Positions 11,840 through 24,762 are shown, numbered from the stretch's first letter. The stretch: 64,000 nt of DNA from Octopus sinensis (GCF_006345805.1 NC_043011.1:28780464-28844463), one strand, 5' to 3'. Translations and numbers: made by a program. Notes: generated by a model from the letters alone, not told the origin.

Positions 11840-12719
11840 TGAAATTGACCATCATAAAAATAAATTTATTTTTTCTGTGTTCACGCTTTCCATTTTCTTT
11901 ATATCATATTATTAGATTATTTTCTCCTACAACGGATAGATGAAAACGACAACTGGAACTTTATGAGTGTTAAGCACTAATATCGAAGAACCATCAATGA
12001 ACACCAATACTAATACAAATTAACAAATTCCTGGAAAATTAATTGATATGGAGATAATATGGAGAAAATTAATTGATATGGAGATAAAGACTTGGATAAT
12101 ATACATCGCTGTGAAAGAGCAACCTCTTTCCATTAGAAACTTCATAAACACTCGTTTATATATATATATATATATTATATATATATATATATAAATATAT
12201 ATAGAATGGAATCAACATAACAAACAATAATCTTTATATCCAACTTAAGAAAGATGCCTTGCTAAACACCGAATAGTGCGTTATTATCTTTGAAAGATAA
12301 AATCCTCTCATACAGGTTGGTACATAAAAGCACACACATAGATCGTAGTATACAGATCGTAGCAGACGATAATCTTCTGTCTTGGCCACCAAGATTTCCA
12401 TATCACGTGATTTCGGTCTGCTGGGTCTCATCTTTGGAAGTCACCAATCACCACATGCCAGCCAAATCTCGTTTCTACGATATATAGAATATCAGCGTCT
12501 TTTCAGATACTCTTGCCAGCAGGCTTATTAAAACTTATTAGCGATGGATGCGGTATTAATAGCAAAAGATAATCTTTATAGCCAACTTAACATGGAGGCC
12601 TTGTTAGAACAACGAATACTGCGTTATTAGCATTGGAAGATCTTCACATGTAGGCATTTCGTGCATAAAAGCACACAGAAAGACTGTAGCAGACGAGGGG
12701 GATATTTTTCCGTAATCCT

Positions 12720-13344
12720 AAAGTGCATAAGCAGTGGTTAAGCAAGGTTCAGCTTCCGGAAACTGTCGCTAAACGGGAGTTTTCGAACACAAAGTGATGG
12801 TTTGCGTCTTGTGGAATCATGAAGGGATAAATCACTGGAAATTTGTTCCAGTCGGTCGAACCATCGATATCAACCTGTACTCTGAACAGCTGGATCGGAT
12901 GTATTCCATTGTGCAGCCAAAATATTTGGCATTGGTTAACAGAAAGCAATCTCTTTTGCAACAAGACAACGCAAAACCTCATACTGCTCTAACGATTCTG
13001 AATAAACTCCAGGAACTTGAGGAAATCGAACTGATGCCACACTCAGGATATAGTGCGGACCTAGCTCCCTCGGATTATTACTTGTTCCGATCTATAAATC
13101 ACTTCGTGCGTTCGCGTTGCTTCATCAACCAAGCGGAGGTGGAAGCTTTAGTGAAGGAATTCTTAGCCTCGAATAACAAGAGCCAGTATTAGCATGGGAT
13201 CGAAGAAGCGACAAAAAGTGGGTTCAGATGGCACAACACAATAGTCTCTTCTTTAAACACTAACTAGGCTGTTTTTGTTGTAACTTGACAAATAAAGCAA
13301 ATAAGTTACCAAAATATTGCAAAACTTTTGATTCAACACAATAT
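12720..13344 (+). mobile_element. Mariner (Tc1/mariner, DD34D-type) transposon 3' half
   Basis: ORF 12794-13192 has VMVCVLWN, LLQQDNAKPH and HSGYSADLAPSDYYLFRS motifs; right TIR-like end TTGCAAAACTTTTGATTCAACACAATA followed by TA. Confidence 0.9.
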
Positions 13345-13555
13345 AACTCTCTCTTTACTCTCTCTTTTACTTGTTTCAGTCATTTGACTGCGGCCATGCT
13401 GGAGCACCGCCTTTAGTCAAGCAAATCGACCCCGGGACTTATTCTTTGTAAGCCCAGTACTTATTCTATCGGTCTCTTTTTGCCGAACCACTAAGTGACG
13501 GGGAAGTAAACACATCAGCATCGGTTGTCAAGCAATGCTAGGGGGACAAACACAG

Positions 13556-13605
<50 letters not shown>

Positions 13606-13760
13606 GACAGGCTTCTTTCAGTTTCCGTCTACCAAATCCACTACCAATCCACCCGAGGCTATAGCAGAAGACACTTGCCCAAGATGCCACGCAGTGGGAC
13701 TGAACCCGGAACCATGTGGTTGGTTAGCAAGCTATTTACCACACAGCCACTCCCGCGCCA
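13345..13760 (-). mobile_element. SINE family B, near full length
   Basis: tRNA-like head (GTGGCTGTGTGG...GGTTCCGGGTTCAGTCCC), internal (TA)/(TG) tract and conserved tail; many copies in the window. Resembles octopus tRNA-derived SINEs of the OK/OR type; exact family not verified. Confidence 0.9.
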
Positions 13761-13904
13761 TAAGTGGCAATGTTTTGCAATTCTCTTTAACATGTCATCC
13801 CGGAAGATTCTAACATGGGTTAGTTAGTGAGAAAGAAAGAAATTAATCGATGGTGTTTTATTAGTGAAATGCAGATGTGTGTATAACAATTTATTGTTGT
13901 TTAA

Positions 13905-14136
13905 AGGCGGCGAGCTGGCAGAACCGTTAGCACGCTGGGTGAAATGCGTAGCCGTATTTCGTCTGCCGTTACGTTCTGAGTTCAAATTCCGTCGAGGTCG
14001 ACTTTGCCTTTCATCTTTTCGGGGTCGATAAATTAAGTACCAGTTACGCACTGGGGTTGATGTAATCGACTTAATCCGTTTGTCTGTCCTTGTTTGCCCC
14101 CTCTATGTTTAGCCCCTTGTGGGTAATAAAGAAACA
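13905..14136 (+). mobile_element. SINE family A with 17 bp TSD
   Basis: Head GGCGGCGAGCTGGCAGAACCGTTAGC; flanked by AATTTATTGTTGTTTAA at 13888-13904 and 14137-14153. Confidence 0.9.
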
Positions 14137-15119
14137 AATTTATTGTTGTTTAATCCACTCCAGTTCAGGCCTTACTCTAGAAGACCTAATATCGAAAGCA
14201 TTCCAGCTGACCATTCTATTTCTTATTCGGGTTCTGTGCACCATGGAGCACAAAAACACCATTTGTTTATAGTTCTAGTCGGTGGATGTGTTTCGAGGAA
14301 AGCATTTGGTTTCTATTGCTTGTGGGACAAACAACTATGAAGAAGCTCGCTCGTTAGTTAGTTGTTCAGTTGAGAATTTTTGTCTGCCACTGTAACAAAG
14401 AAATTGTAGGAATGAAGAGTTTTTTTTTATCTTGGAGCAATCGGTCTCTAGTCAACCGTAATTGTAAAAGCCTGCGATCAAGGACATTCCTCTCGAGAAC
14501 ATCCGGTTGCCTGTTCTGACGCAGTGCATCATGGAATGTTTAGTTCGATTTAAGAGAGAAATTTAGCTTTTATTCTTAGCACATCGACCACGTTATTCAA
14601 CGGTAGAAAGCTTGCACATATTGAATTAAGGAAATTTGCATTAACTAAGAATTTTTGGTCTCGGAGAAACATGGATGAGTGTCAAATATTTCTGAAAGGA
14701 AATAATCTCCACGTACGGAATAAGGTAAACTATTTATTATATTGTAAGATGTGGATGGATAGATTAATAAAATCAAATGAATAAACGAGAGAAAGAGATC
14801 AAGAGAGAGGTGGTGGTGGGGGGGTTATTTTGGCAAACATAGCTGATCAGAGTGCCTGGGCACTTTTTGGACGTTTGTCAGCTAAAGTTGCCAATATGCT
14901 TCGTGACAACTTCAACAAACCGACCGATTATATTGCAACAAAATTATTAGTAGCCTTTTACGAACACTAAGAACACTCAATACAATTTTACAGTTCAGTC
15001 CTTTTAAGATGTCTCTAGACAACTCTTTATGCATTTCTATACTGTGAAGCAGAGAGCTTTAACGTTTCTGATATATATATATAGCAAGTTGAGATGAAAT
15101 GTTTACTGCTGTTAAGGGA

Positions 15120-15542
15120 TGTATAGATCGGGCAAGCAACACCAGTAAACATCAGTAAATACGTTATCTCTATGACAAACGGTTCTACCAGGAGCGTTCA
15201 GCTGTTTTTCATCATGTCAGTAAATTTCTTTCCCGGCTTTCTTTGTATTAGTATTTGTTCATCAGCTTCGAAAAGTTCTATTAAAGACACTTCTTTCTTA
15301 ACTCCATTTTCCACTCAAAGGCAATAAATCAACGTGGGAATATTTACTAAATTTGATAGAAATTACGATCTACTATTTGTAAAAATGGAAGGACATATTG
15401 GACTGTATACCGCATTTACTCGTATGTTGTTAAGTCGTATCCCTAATCTATTGTTAAATCTTGGTAAAGATTTCCCCACCTCCTCATATTCAGTCTTCTT
15501 ATCAGTTTTGACCCGTGTATCAGTTGCATCCCGGGTTGTTTT
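15120..15542 (-). pseudogene. Stop-interrupted reading frame resembling a NACHT NTPase N-terminus
   Basis: After acceptor TTGATTTTAACAG (AG at 15544-15543) one frame reads KTTRDATDTRVKTDKKTEYEEVGKSLPRFNNRLG...*...IPTLIYCL*VENGVKKEVSLIELFEADEQILIQRKPGKKFTDMM. ILIQRKPGK resembles a decayed ILIxGxPGxGKT P-loop. Confidence 0.35.
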
Positions 15543-15658
15543 CTGTTAAAATCAAATGTAAAATAGTGTGATTTATAAACGAGCGAAAAAAAGATACTTA
15601 CAAAAGACAAAAAAAGAAAAAAGTTAGTTACGGCCCGGATACTTTTGGTTATAAGTTT

Positions 15659-15933
15659 TGTTTGTTCCTTCTCGAGCCATGCCTGGCTCAAAAGGGCCGG
15701 TTTCCAGGTTTCTTTGGCGTATAGGTTTCCCACCTGGACGGGACGCCGGTCCGTCGCAGGTGAGCTGCAAGATGCAGGAGGAGAGAGTGAGAGAAAGTTG
15801 TTACCTTCTGCCGGAGCCGCATTGAGCTTAGGTGTTTCGCCCATAAACACACACATCGCCCGGTCTGAGATTCGAAGCTGCGATCCCTCGACCGCGAGTT
15901 CGCTACTCTAACCACTAGGCCATGTGCCTCCAC
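15659..15933 (-). mobile_element. SINE family C variant with 12 bp TSD
   Basis: Head GGAGGCACATGGCCTAGTGGTTAGAG on the minus strand; GGTTATAAGTTT at 15647-15658 and 15934-15945. Confidence 0.85.
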
Positions 15934-16306
15934 GGTTATAAGTTTACTAGGTCGAAACTAATCAACAGCAACAATAACAACATTAACTACAACAACAATA
16001 ACAACGAATATACGATATTCACTATTAATTCTATTATTTCTCTTCCGACGAATACAACTTGTAGATTTACAATCCTTATTTCATGAACTACACTATTAAA
16101 ACTGCACTTTACTGATCCAAGCTTATAAGTCAATGTTCTTTCAACAAAACATTTTAATCCAGTCAGCTTCATGTCTAGTTTTTTAATCGAACGTCCATCA
16201 GGGGTTGACTTATCGAACATAATCTGACATAGTCGAACAACGCAAACAGACAACGGATAGCAAAATATAACTGGCATACAAAATAAACTCCAGCATACAT
16301 ACAAAC

Positions 16307-16337
<31 letters not shown>

Positions 16338-16353
16338 CATACATACACACACA

Positions 16354-16385
<32 letters not shown>

Positions 16386-16844
16386 TATTACACGTACCGT
16401 TCGCCTACGCGCTCACCTACACGCAACACACACAGCTAGCTAAATTGATTGGAAAATCATTGAAAGCTTTTAAAGCTGTCAAAGAACCTTGCGTAAAAAT
16501 ACAATAAAGTAATGAAGTTGGTGCAACCTGTAGAATGTTGGACTTTTCTTTTAACGGTTTGTAAATTGTTTCATTCGGCTTTATTCTTCCCAATATATCT
16601 TATTTGACGATCAAAATACTAAAAGCGAAATTTAATAAACACAACAGTTAATTGGAACTTTTAGAGGAGTAGGTAAAAATTCAAAAGAAAAGCTCACGGA
16701 AACTGTACACACGTTTCTTAACAAATTAATAAAATGTATAGCAAAGAAAGTGTCATCACAATGATGCTTATTTATGTTGGAAGAAACGGTTCTCCAACAA
16801 CTTCAGAATCAACGAAACTCTGATAATGCACAATGATTATAATA

Positions 16845-17680
16845 TACGAGGTCTGATTAATAAGTATCCAGTCTGTTGCCATAGTAACGAAGCTAAAGCA
16901 CACAGAGTGAAGCCGCTGGGCACAGATTGACCTTGAACTCTGTTGTGTATGCACACTAAGTTTTAACGTTCTAGATCACTTCTGCTGTTTACAGCAGTGC
17001 CTGGGAGGAAGATGTGTAGCATGTGATCGTCGCATGGGCCATGACAGAGAAAGTTATCATGGCGATACCCACTCAGAGGCCTACGCAGATTTGTAGGAAG
17101 TCTATGGAGACGAGTGTATCAGCTGCACACAAGTGTACGAGTGGTTCAGACATTTCCAAGAGGACCGAAAAAATGTCGATATTGACGAACGTTCTGGGAG
17201 ACCCACAACCAAGAGAACTGAGAAAAACATCGCAGATGTGCGTGCAGCTGTGAGGGGAAATCTTCGAATCACCATCTGTGAGTTATCAGAGGATGTGCAG
17301 ATTAGTTACGCTTCAGTTCAGTCCATTATCACTGAAGATTTGGGTATGAAACGTGTGTCTACCATGTTTGTGTCAAAACTGCTTTCAGCTGACCAAAAGG
17401 ACACTTGGGTTTCAGTTGTACAAGATTTCTTTGATTGTGTCGAGAACGATGAAAACTTTCTGAAGACTTATGTAGGCCTTTGAGTAGGTATCGCCAAGCT
17501 TTTGGTAAAATTTGATGCAGATTTTCTGCTCAACTTTCTGTCATGATCAATGCGACGATTACACGTCAAACACCTTCCTTCCAAGCACTGCTGTAAACAG
17601 CGGAAGCAAGCTAGGGCGTCAAAACTCAGTACGCATGCACAGCAGAGATGAAAGTCAATCTTTGCCAAGTGGCTTTTCTC
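16845..17680 (+). mobile_element. Mariner deletion derivative with long inverted arms
   Basis: TA-CGAGGTCTG left end; HTH region YEWFRHFQEDRKNVDIDERSGRP...TEDLGMKRVSTMFVSKLL; 17470-17680 is a diverged reverse complement of 16905-17095. Confidence 0.85.
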
Positions 17681-17689
17681 TGAATCGAC

Positions 17690-17828
17690 TCCAGTACTTG
17701 TTTTTTAAGCCTGATACTTACTCAAGCGGTCTGTTTTGCCGAACTGCTAAGTTACGGGAACGTAAGCACACCAACACCGTTTGTCAAGTGGTGATGGGGG
17801 AGACAAACACAGACACATACACACTCAT

Positions 17829-17859
<31 letters not shown>

Positions 17860-18010
17860 CGGCGGGCTTCTTTCAGTTTCCATTTACCAAATTCACACAC
17901 AAAGTTTTGGTAGGCCCGATGCTATAGTAGAAGACACATGCCCAAGGTGCCATGCAATGAGACTAAACCTAAAAGTATATGGTTGAGAAGCAAGCTTCTT
18001 ACCACACAAT
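17690..18010 (-). mobile_element. SINE family B
   Basis: Homology to 13345-13760. Confidence 0.8.
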
Positions 18011-18032
18011 AACTCCTATATATATATATATA

Positions 18033-19790
18033 GGATTTAGAAAGTATATTGAAAAGGCATGGAAGAGATACCTAGACGACTGCTTCATAATCTGGACAGA
18101 ATCTCTAAATACACTGGAAGAGTTCAATATCCTCCTGAACAACCTACACCCATCTCTCCAATTTACAAAGGAGATGAGTAGTACCAAATTACCATTCCTA
18201 GATATAATGGTAATTAAAAAAGACACCACCATCACCACAGATATATACTATAAACACACAGACACACATCAATACCTAAATTTTAAGTCGTGCACCCACC
18301 ACATACAAAACGTAACATCCCATATTGCCTAGCCAGAAGAATTTGTACCATTGTAGAAGATACAAATATCAGGAACAAACGCCTAATAGAACTAAGAGAA
18401 TTTTTGCTCAAACAAAAATACCCATCTCTACTTATAGAAAATGGCATACAGCGGGCTATAAAAATACCCATACAACAACTTAGGACAACCCAAGGAAGAG
18501 GAAAACAAGAACAAGTCATACCATTCATAGTGACACACAATCCATGTCACCAGAATATCTTCAACATTGCCAAAGCAAACCTACCAATCATTGCCCAAAG
18601 TAATGAAATAAAAGACATAATCACGAATCGAGCTATGTCTAAGGTAAAAGACAGCCTAAAAACTTGAAAACATTACTAACAAAGGCAAAATTTGACCTTA
18701 GCAACAAAGACCAAACATTCACTGTATCTAAATGCAATGATAACTGATGTGGCACATGCCAATTCATACATACCGGCCAATATATAAACACAAAAACCGG
18801 GAAAATATTCACAAACGCGAATATGAACTGCAAAAGCAGAAATTTAATTTACTGCATCAAATGCACTATCAGGAAACGCACTATCAGAACGCTCACGTGT
18901 ACACCGGCAGCAGATTAGAGACCCAGAAGTCCGTCAGATACCTTTGAGTAACCACCTAGCAACATGTGGCCGGAAAATGTATATAATATTTCCGTTCTAC
19001 AAATTACACAGCCCAAGTGAAATCGAGAGGAAAATCAGAGAAAAGAATTTTATTGATAAATTCGAACCCAAGCTAAATAAGCAATAATAATAATACTTAG
19101 AGGTACTACTTCTACTGCTACGACCATGACCACTAACAACAACAACAATACTAAAGGTGATCAAGATGAAGATAGCAGGAAAATTATCTTATTTAGGGTT
19201 AAAAGTTCTATTGCCACCACCATCACCACTAGCAACAATAATTAAGGTGCTGACAATGATGATGATGACAATTGAAATATAGAAATATAAAAATCTGACA
19301 AAGGCTATTTACAACATTTCTAAAAATAACCCAACAATTGCTGCTTCGGCCAGGGTCAAGATACAGGACTCTTGACATGTCCAACAAAGCGTGACGCCTA
19401 AACCAATCAGCTCAACCAACCAATCAGCTTAAGTAATTGAGTGATACTACACACTGATTGGTCAGAATACTGTTTGCAAAACCTAGCACTCTGGAGCCTA
19501 CCCAGCTGTATTTATAGCACAGAATCAATCATCTTGCTACAGTCAAAAATTGTGAAGCATGACTGTCACCACTACTACATGAACCCGAAGATTGCAGAAT
19601 TTAATGCATGAAAGTACTAGTTCAATCAGAATGGACATTTAACATTCTACTATTTTATTTTATTTTATTCTATTATAATATATTATCTTATAATATATGA
19701 TTATAAGATTGTAAATAAAACGTGAAAATCAGACAAGGTTGGAATTCCTTTTATTAATATATTCTTCTATACACAATCACACCCACCCAC
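18033..19790 (+). mobile_element. Penelope-like element, 5'-truncated: RT C-terminus, GIY-YIG endonuclease and 3' pseudo-LTR
   Basis: WKRYLDDCFIIW, LPFLDIMV, DIYYKHTDTHQYL and HPPHTKRNIPY, then CxxC, NLIYCIKC, RVHRQQI and IREKNFIDKFEPKLN (stop 19085-19087). Has frameshifts and an internal stop; starts at a (TA)n tract. Confidence 0.92.
19580..19624 (+). ncRNA. Minimal type I hammerhead in the PLE 3' pseudo-LTR
   Basis: TGAAC-CCGAAGA-TTGCA-GAATTTAA-TGCAT-GAAA-GTAC-TA-GTTCA. Perfect 5 bp stem I, palindromic stem III, one core change (U4>C). Confidence 0.8.
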
Positions 19791-19797
19791 ATATATA

Positions 19798-20019
<222 letters not shown>

Positions 20020-20373
20020 TATATATATAAATATATATATACATACATACATATATATGTATATATGTATAAATGCAAAGTTATAGATACACCATTTAGT
20101 CGCTCTTATTTAGAGAAAATGCATGCACAATATGAATACCAGAGGGGTTGTATTTCTATATAGAGTTGTGTAGTATATTAATGGTTATGGTATACAACTG
20201 CGCAGAATGTTGCTGACAGTATGTCTGAAGAGATACCAATATTGCTTAGAAGTGTATCCGACGGTAATATCTCGATCAGTCAGATTGTCATAACCAGCAA
20301 TATACTGCTCGACCCCGCAGACCCAACCACACACAACGCACTCACACACTCTCTTACACCCCCCACACACACA

Positions 20374-20408
<35 letters not shown>

Positions 20409-20514
20409 AAACATAGCGTTTGTTCTGTTTCTGACGAAACCTCAGCTAATGGCACGGAAAGAAAATATTTACATAACTTTTTTTTGTATTGGCATTCTGT
20501 TATTCTTTTAATCA

Positions 20515-20735
20515 TTTCAGTCAATTGACTGCGGCCATGCTAGAGTACCGCCTTTAGTCGAAGAAATCGGACACCGTGACTTATTGTTTTGTAAGCCTAA
20601 TACTGATTCTATCAGTCTTTTTTGCCGAACCGATAGGCTAAGGAGACGTAAACACCAACGTCGGCCGTCAAGCGGTAGTTCGGGAACAAACACAGACAGA
20701 AACACGCACACACACACACATACACACCACACACA

Positions 20736-20788
<53 letters not shown>

Positions 20789-20940
20789 CGGCCTTTCAGT
20801 TTCCATCCACCAAAGCCATACACAAGGATTTGGTCGGCCCAAGGCTATAGTAGAAGACATTTGTCCAAGGTGCTGCGTAGTGGGACTGAACCCGGAACCA
20901 TGTGGTTGGGAAGCAAATTTCTTACCACACAGCCAAGCTG
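20515..20940 (-). mobile_element. SINE family B
   Basis: Homology to 13345-13760. Confidence 0.85.
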
Positions 20941-21054
20941 CACCTATAATTATGATTCCCCCCTTTCCGTATAGACATAATTGAGATTAATTAACATGTA
21001 CGCTATCGAGTACATGTGTATGTGTTTCCGTCTCCACATGAACACACCCTCACA

Positions 21055-21115
<61 letters not shown>

Positions 21116-21559
21116 ACACACATACACACACGCTCTACATATGCTCACTCTCTCACGTCAAGTCCAATTCAATCTTGCAATGCATACATTCATGCATACA
21201 TACATTCATGCATACATACATACATACATACATACATACATACATACATAGTTCCCCACTAAATTCATGTCTATTATATTCTATTGTTTGCGTGTATTTT
21301 TAAACTCTCTCAAAATATCTTTTATTCCATCTGACTATTTTCCCTCTACTCCTATCTCTTTCCTGCCCTTTCTTTACATTAACTATGACCAAGGCCCCAG
21401 ACTTAGATCCGGCATTTTAATTGATAACATACAAATGTATTTATTATTTACACTTATTCTTTATTGTTAATGCCGATCTAAATCTACCAATTATAAGTCT
21501 ACCATACATTATACACCCCCCTCTCTCTCTCTCTACACACACACACTCATATATACATA

Positions 21560-21607
<48 letters not shown>

Positions 21608-21657
21608 CAAAATGGGGTGATTATAATCAAAATATGCAACAATGATATCCAAAGGTA

Positions 21658-21747
21658 ATGCAGTACGATCGTTTCATGCAACTCCATTTAATTAAACAAT
21701 GCAAGTAATATATCAGTTTTTAAATGTAGAGCAATCTTCAGCTGCAT
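21658..21747 (-). ncRNA. Type I hammerhead with 59 nt stem II, core intact
   Basis: Minus strand ATGCAG-CTGAAGA-[TTGC...GCAT]-GAAA-CGATCG-TA-CTGCAT. Perfect 6 bp stem I, GUA triplet. Confidence 0.8.
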
Positions 21748-21890
21748 ATGAATATAGAATTTAGTTAAATTGAAAAGATTCATTTTTATAATTATTCCAT
21801 TTACCAACATCACTTACCCTCTTTGTGGGGTTGGTAAATGGAATAACTATAAAAATGAAACTTTTCAATTTAACTGAATCCTATATTTAT

Positions 21891-21980
21891 ATGCAACTGA
21901 AGATTGCTCTACATTTTAAAACTGATGTAATACTTGCATTGTTTAATTAAATGGAGTCGCATGAAACGATCGTACTGCAT
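21891..21980 (+). ncRNA. Type I hammerhead with 59 nt stem II, core intact
   Basis: ATGCAA-CTGAAGA-[TTGC...GCAT]-GAAA-CGATCG-TA-CTGCAT. One mismatch at the base of stem I. Confidence 0.75.
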
Positions 21981-22711
21981 TACCTTTGGATATCCTTGTT
22001 GCATATTTTAATTATATGTATATATATATACTTTATTTAAAAGCAGCAGGAATATAACAAAAGCTGTTACTCAGAATTTCACTAGCATATACTAATTAAC
22101 CACTTTTCACAGATACCATCTGATGAGTTAGTATTTAAGTGTACAATATGTATAAATATTAAACTATTTCTGGATAATATTTTTTCCTTCCTCATTTATG
22201 GTAAAAGTTTGGTATATACTCAAAAGTATTCATAAATTTCTATCCTTTTGCTATAATATTCTTCTTAATAATCCTCTGAATAACCCTAAACTTTAAACTG
22301 TATACAATATAGCAACATTATTTAAAATATTTAACTATAGTACTACATGATAAGACTTCCCCTGTTTCATTATAAATGGTCTGCTTGTGGGCGACCCTCT
22401 TAATTGTCAGCTAGCATCTTGTTTTAAGTTTTCCTTTACCAAGCCTCATGATATTGCGTCTAATAAATCTTGATTTGTTCTCTCAGCGTTAGGTGTAGAA
22501 GGATTTGATAAAAAACTGACCCCATAAAACAAAAAAAAAATCAGTGACAGGCAGAGTCTGTAACAATGTATATCTTCTTGATAACTTAGTAACTTCTTTG
22601 CTGGAGTGGAGACAGCATGTTCTTTGTCTATCTCCATAACTTCTTGGAGACTTTAGGTATAATTATATTAATGTGTCCATCTGTTCTAATTTAATTAAAT
22701 TCAATGTCTTT

Positions 22712-22800
22712 GTGCAACTGAGGATTGCTCTGCATTTTAAATTGATGTAATGATTGCATTGTTTAATTAAATGGAGTTGCATGAAACGATCGTAATGCAT
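22712..22800 (+). ncRNA. Third copy of the long-stem-II hammerhead
   Basis: GTGCAA-CTGAGGA-[TTGC...GCAT]-GAAA-CGATCG-TA-ATGCAT; homology to the other copies extends to about 22850. Confidence 0.75.
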
Positions 22801-23234
22801 TACCTCTGGATATCCTTGTTGCTTATTTTGATTTTAATCACTTTGAAATCGTATGGATAATACCGTATTAAATTCTGGTGCCTTAACTTAAGTACCGCAT
22901 TCATCTGAATCTAAATTATATATATATATGGTGTGTGTGTGTGTGTGTGTGTGTGTGTCTGTGTATATCTATGTGTGTGTATATTATGTGTCTGTCTTTG
23001 TGTGTGTTTTTGTCCATCCCATTACCACTTGACAACCAGTGTTGGTGTATTTACGTCACTGTAACTTAGTTGTTCCACAAAAGAGACCGGTAGAATAAGT
23101 ACTAGAATAAAAAAATAAGTCTTAGGTTCGATTTGTTCGACAAAAACCCTTCAAAGCAGTGCTCCAGCATGGCCGCAGTCAAATGCCTTGAAACGGATAA
23201 AAGAATAAAAGAATATACTAAATTATTATTCTTT

Positions 23235-23670
23235 TCTACTTTAGGCACAAGGCTCAAAATTTTGGGGAAGGGAGAAGGTCGATTAGATCGACCCAGTACG
23301 CAACTGCTACTTAATTTATCGACCCCGTAAGGACGAAAGGAAAAGTCGACCTGGGCGGAATTTGAACTCAGAATGTAAAGACAGACGAAATACCGTTAAG
23401 CATTTTGCCCGGCGTGCTAACGTCTCTGCCAGCTCGCCGCCTTATACTAAATTATTCTTTTCTACTTTGGGCACAAGGCCCGAAATTTTGGCGGAGAGAG
23501 CCAATCGATTATATCGACCCCAGTGAATAGCTGATACTTAATTTATCGACCACGAAAGGATGAAAGGCAAAGTCGACCTCGGAGCAATTTGAACCCAGAA
23601 CGTAGCAGCAGACGAAATATCGCTAAGCATTTCGCCCGGTGCGCTAACGATTCTGCAAGCTCACTGCCTA
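23235..23670 (-). mobile_element. Two tandem SINE family A copies
   Basis: Both match family A; ATACTAAATTATT recurs near 23215, 23445 and 23672. Confidence 0.85.
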
Positions 23671-23938
23671 ATACTAAATTATTATTCCATGATTGCAGGC
23701 TGCGAAACGACCATCAAACTACAGATATCAAGTGGTTAAATAAATATATTCACCTCTCATATTACCTAACTTTTTGTGATCTACATACTCCCACATGAAA
23801 TAATTTCATACATTGGATCTCTTGGATTTCAGCTGAACACGACTCTACATTATCCTCATCCGTATTGGATTACTATGTAGTATGGTAGCCAGCCGAGTCC
23901 ACTAGAACTTTCTGTGATTGCCATAGGATTCTATTAAA

Positions 23939-24035
<97 letters not shown>

Positions 24036-24097
24036 CATCCATCAATCCATCATCTATGTATGTATGTATGTTTTATGTATGTATGTATGTATGTATG

Positions 24098-24180
<83 letters not shown>

Positions 24181-24762
24181 GCGTATGTGTCGTGAGTGTC
24201 TGTGTATGCGCGTTTATGTATGCATTGTTTATATGTGTGAGTACATGAATGTAAGTGCGTGAATGCGTGTGTAGATATATGTAAATATAATAGATTTATG
24301 CAATCCGGAACGAAGAGAAAGTAAGATGATATCAAGCGGAGGCTATAGGTCAATGAAGCTTTCGTTTATGATGCAAGATGCAATGAAAAGATTATTTCTA
24401 CATTTTATGCTGACATCTCTTGGACGGCTTTTAAATATCTATTGTTTATTCCAGTGTCGTTATGTCCTATAGAATATCATTATTTTATTCAGTGTCCTCC
24501 TTCCAGCTGAGGTCCCACCTTCTTTTAATGTCATACAGAGTTGTATATTTATGAATTACAGCCGAAGACTGACACGAATGAAACAATACAAAACACACAC
24601 ACAAACACGGCATACACATACACATGATACACATACATACAGAACACACACATACACACAATATACACACAGACATAGCACACACATACACACAATACAC
24701 ACACATTCATATATACATACATACTCAAATCTACCTCCCTCCTTCCCTACCTACCCACCTTC

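Larger units (their letters stand above)
21622..22016. repeat. Long inverted repeat (~187 bp arms, 21 nt spacer) between (TA)n tracts
   Basis: 21622-21808 is the near reverse complement of 21830-22016. Confidence 0.92.

Noticed and set aside
15225-15270. Minus-strand CTGATGA...GAAAG
   Set aside because: No stem II pairing; it falls in the NACHT-like frame.
17332-17355. CTGAAGA...GAAACG inside the mariner ORF
   Set aside because: No stem I or stem II pairing; it encodes TEDLGMKRV, so the match is coincidental.
22118-22170. CTGATGA followed by an AT-rich hairpin
   Set aside because: No GAAA or cleavage triplet follows.
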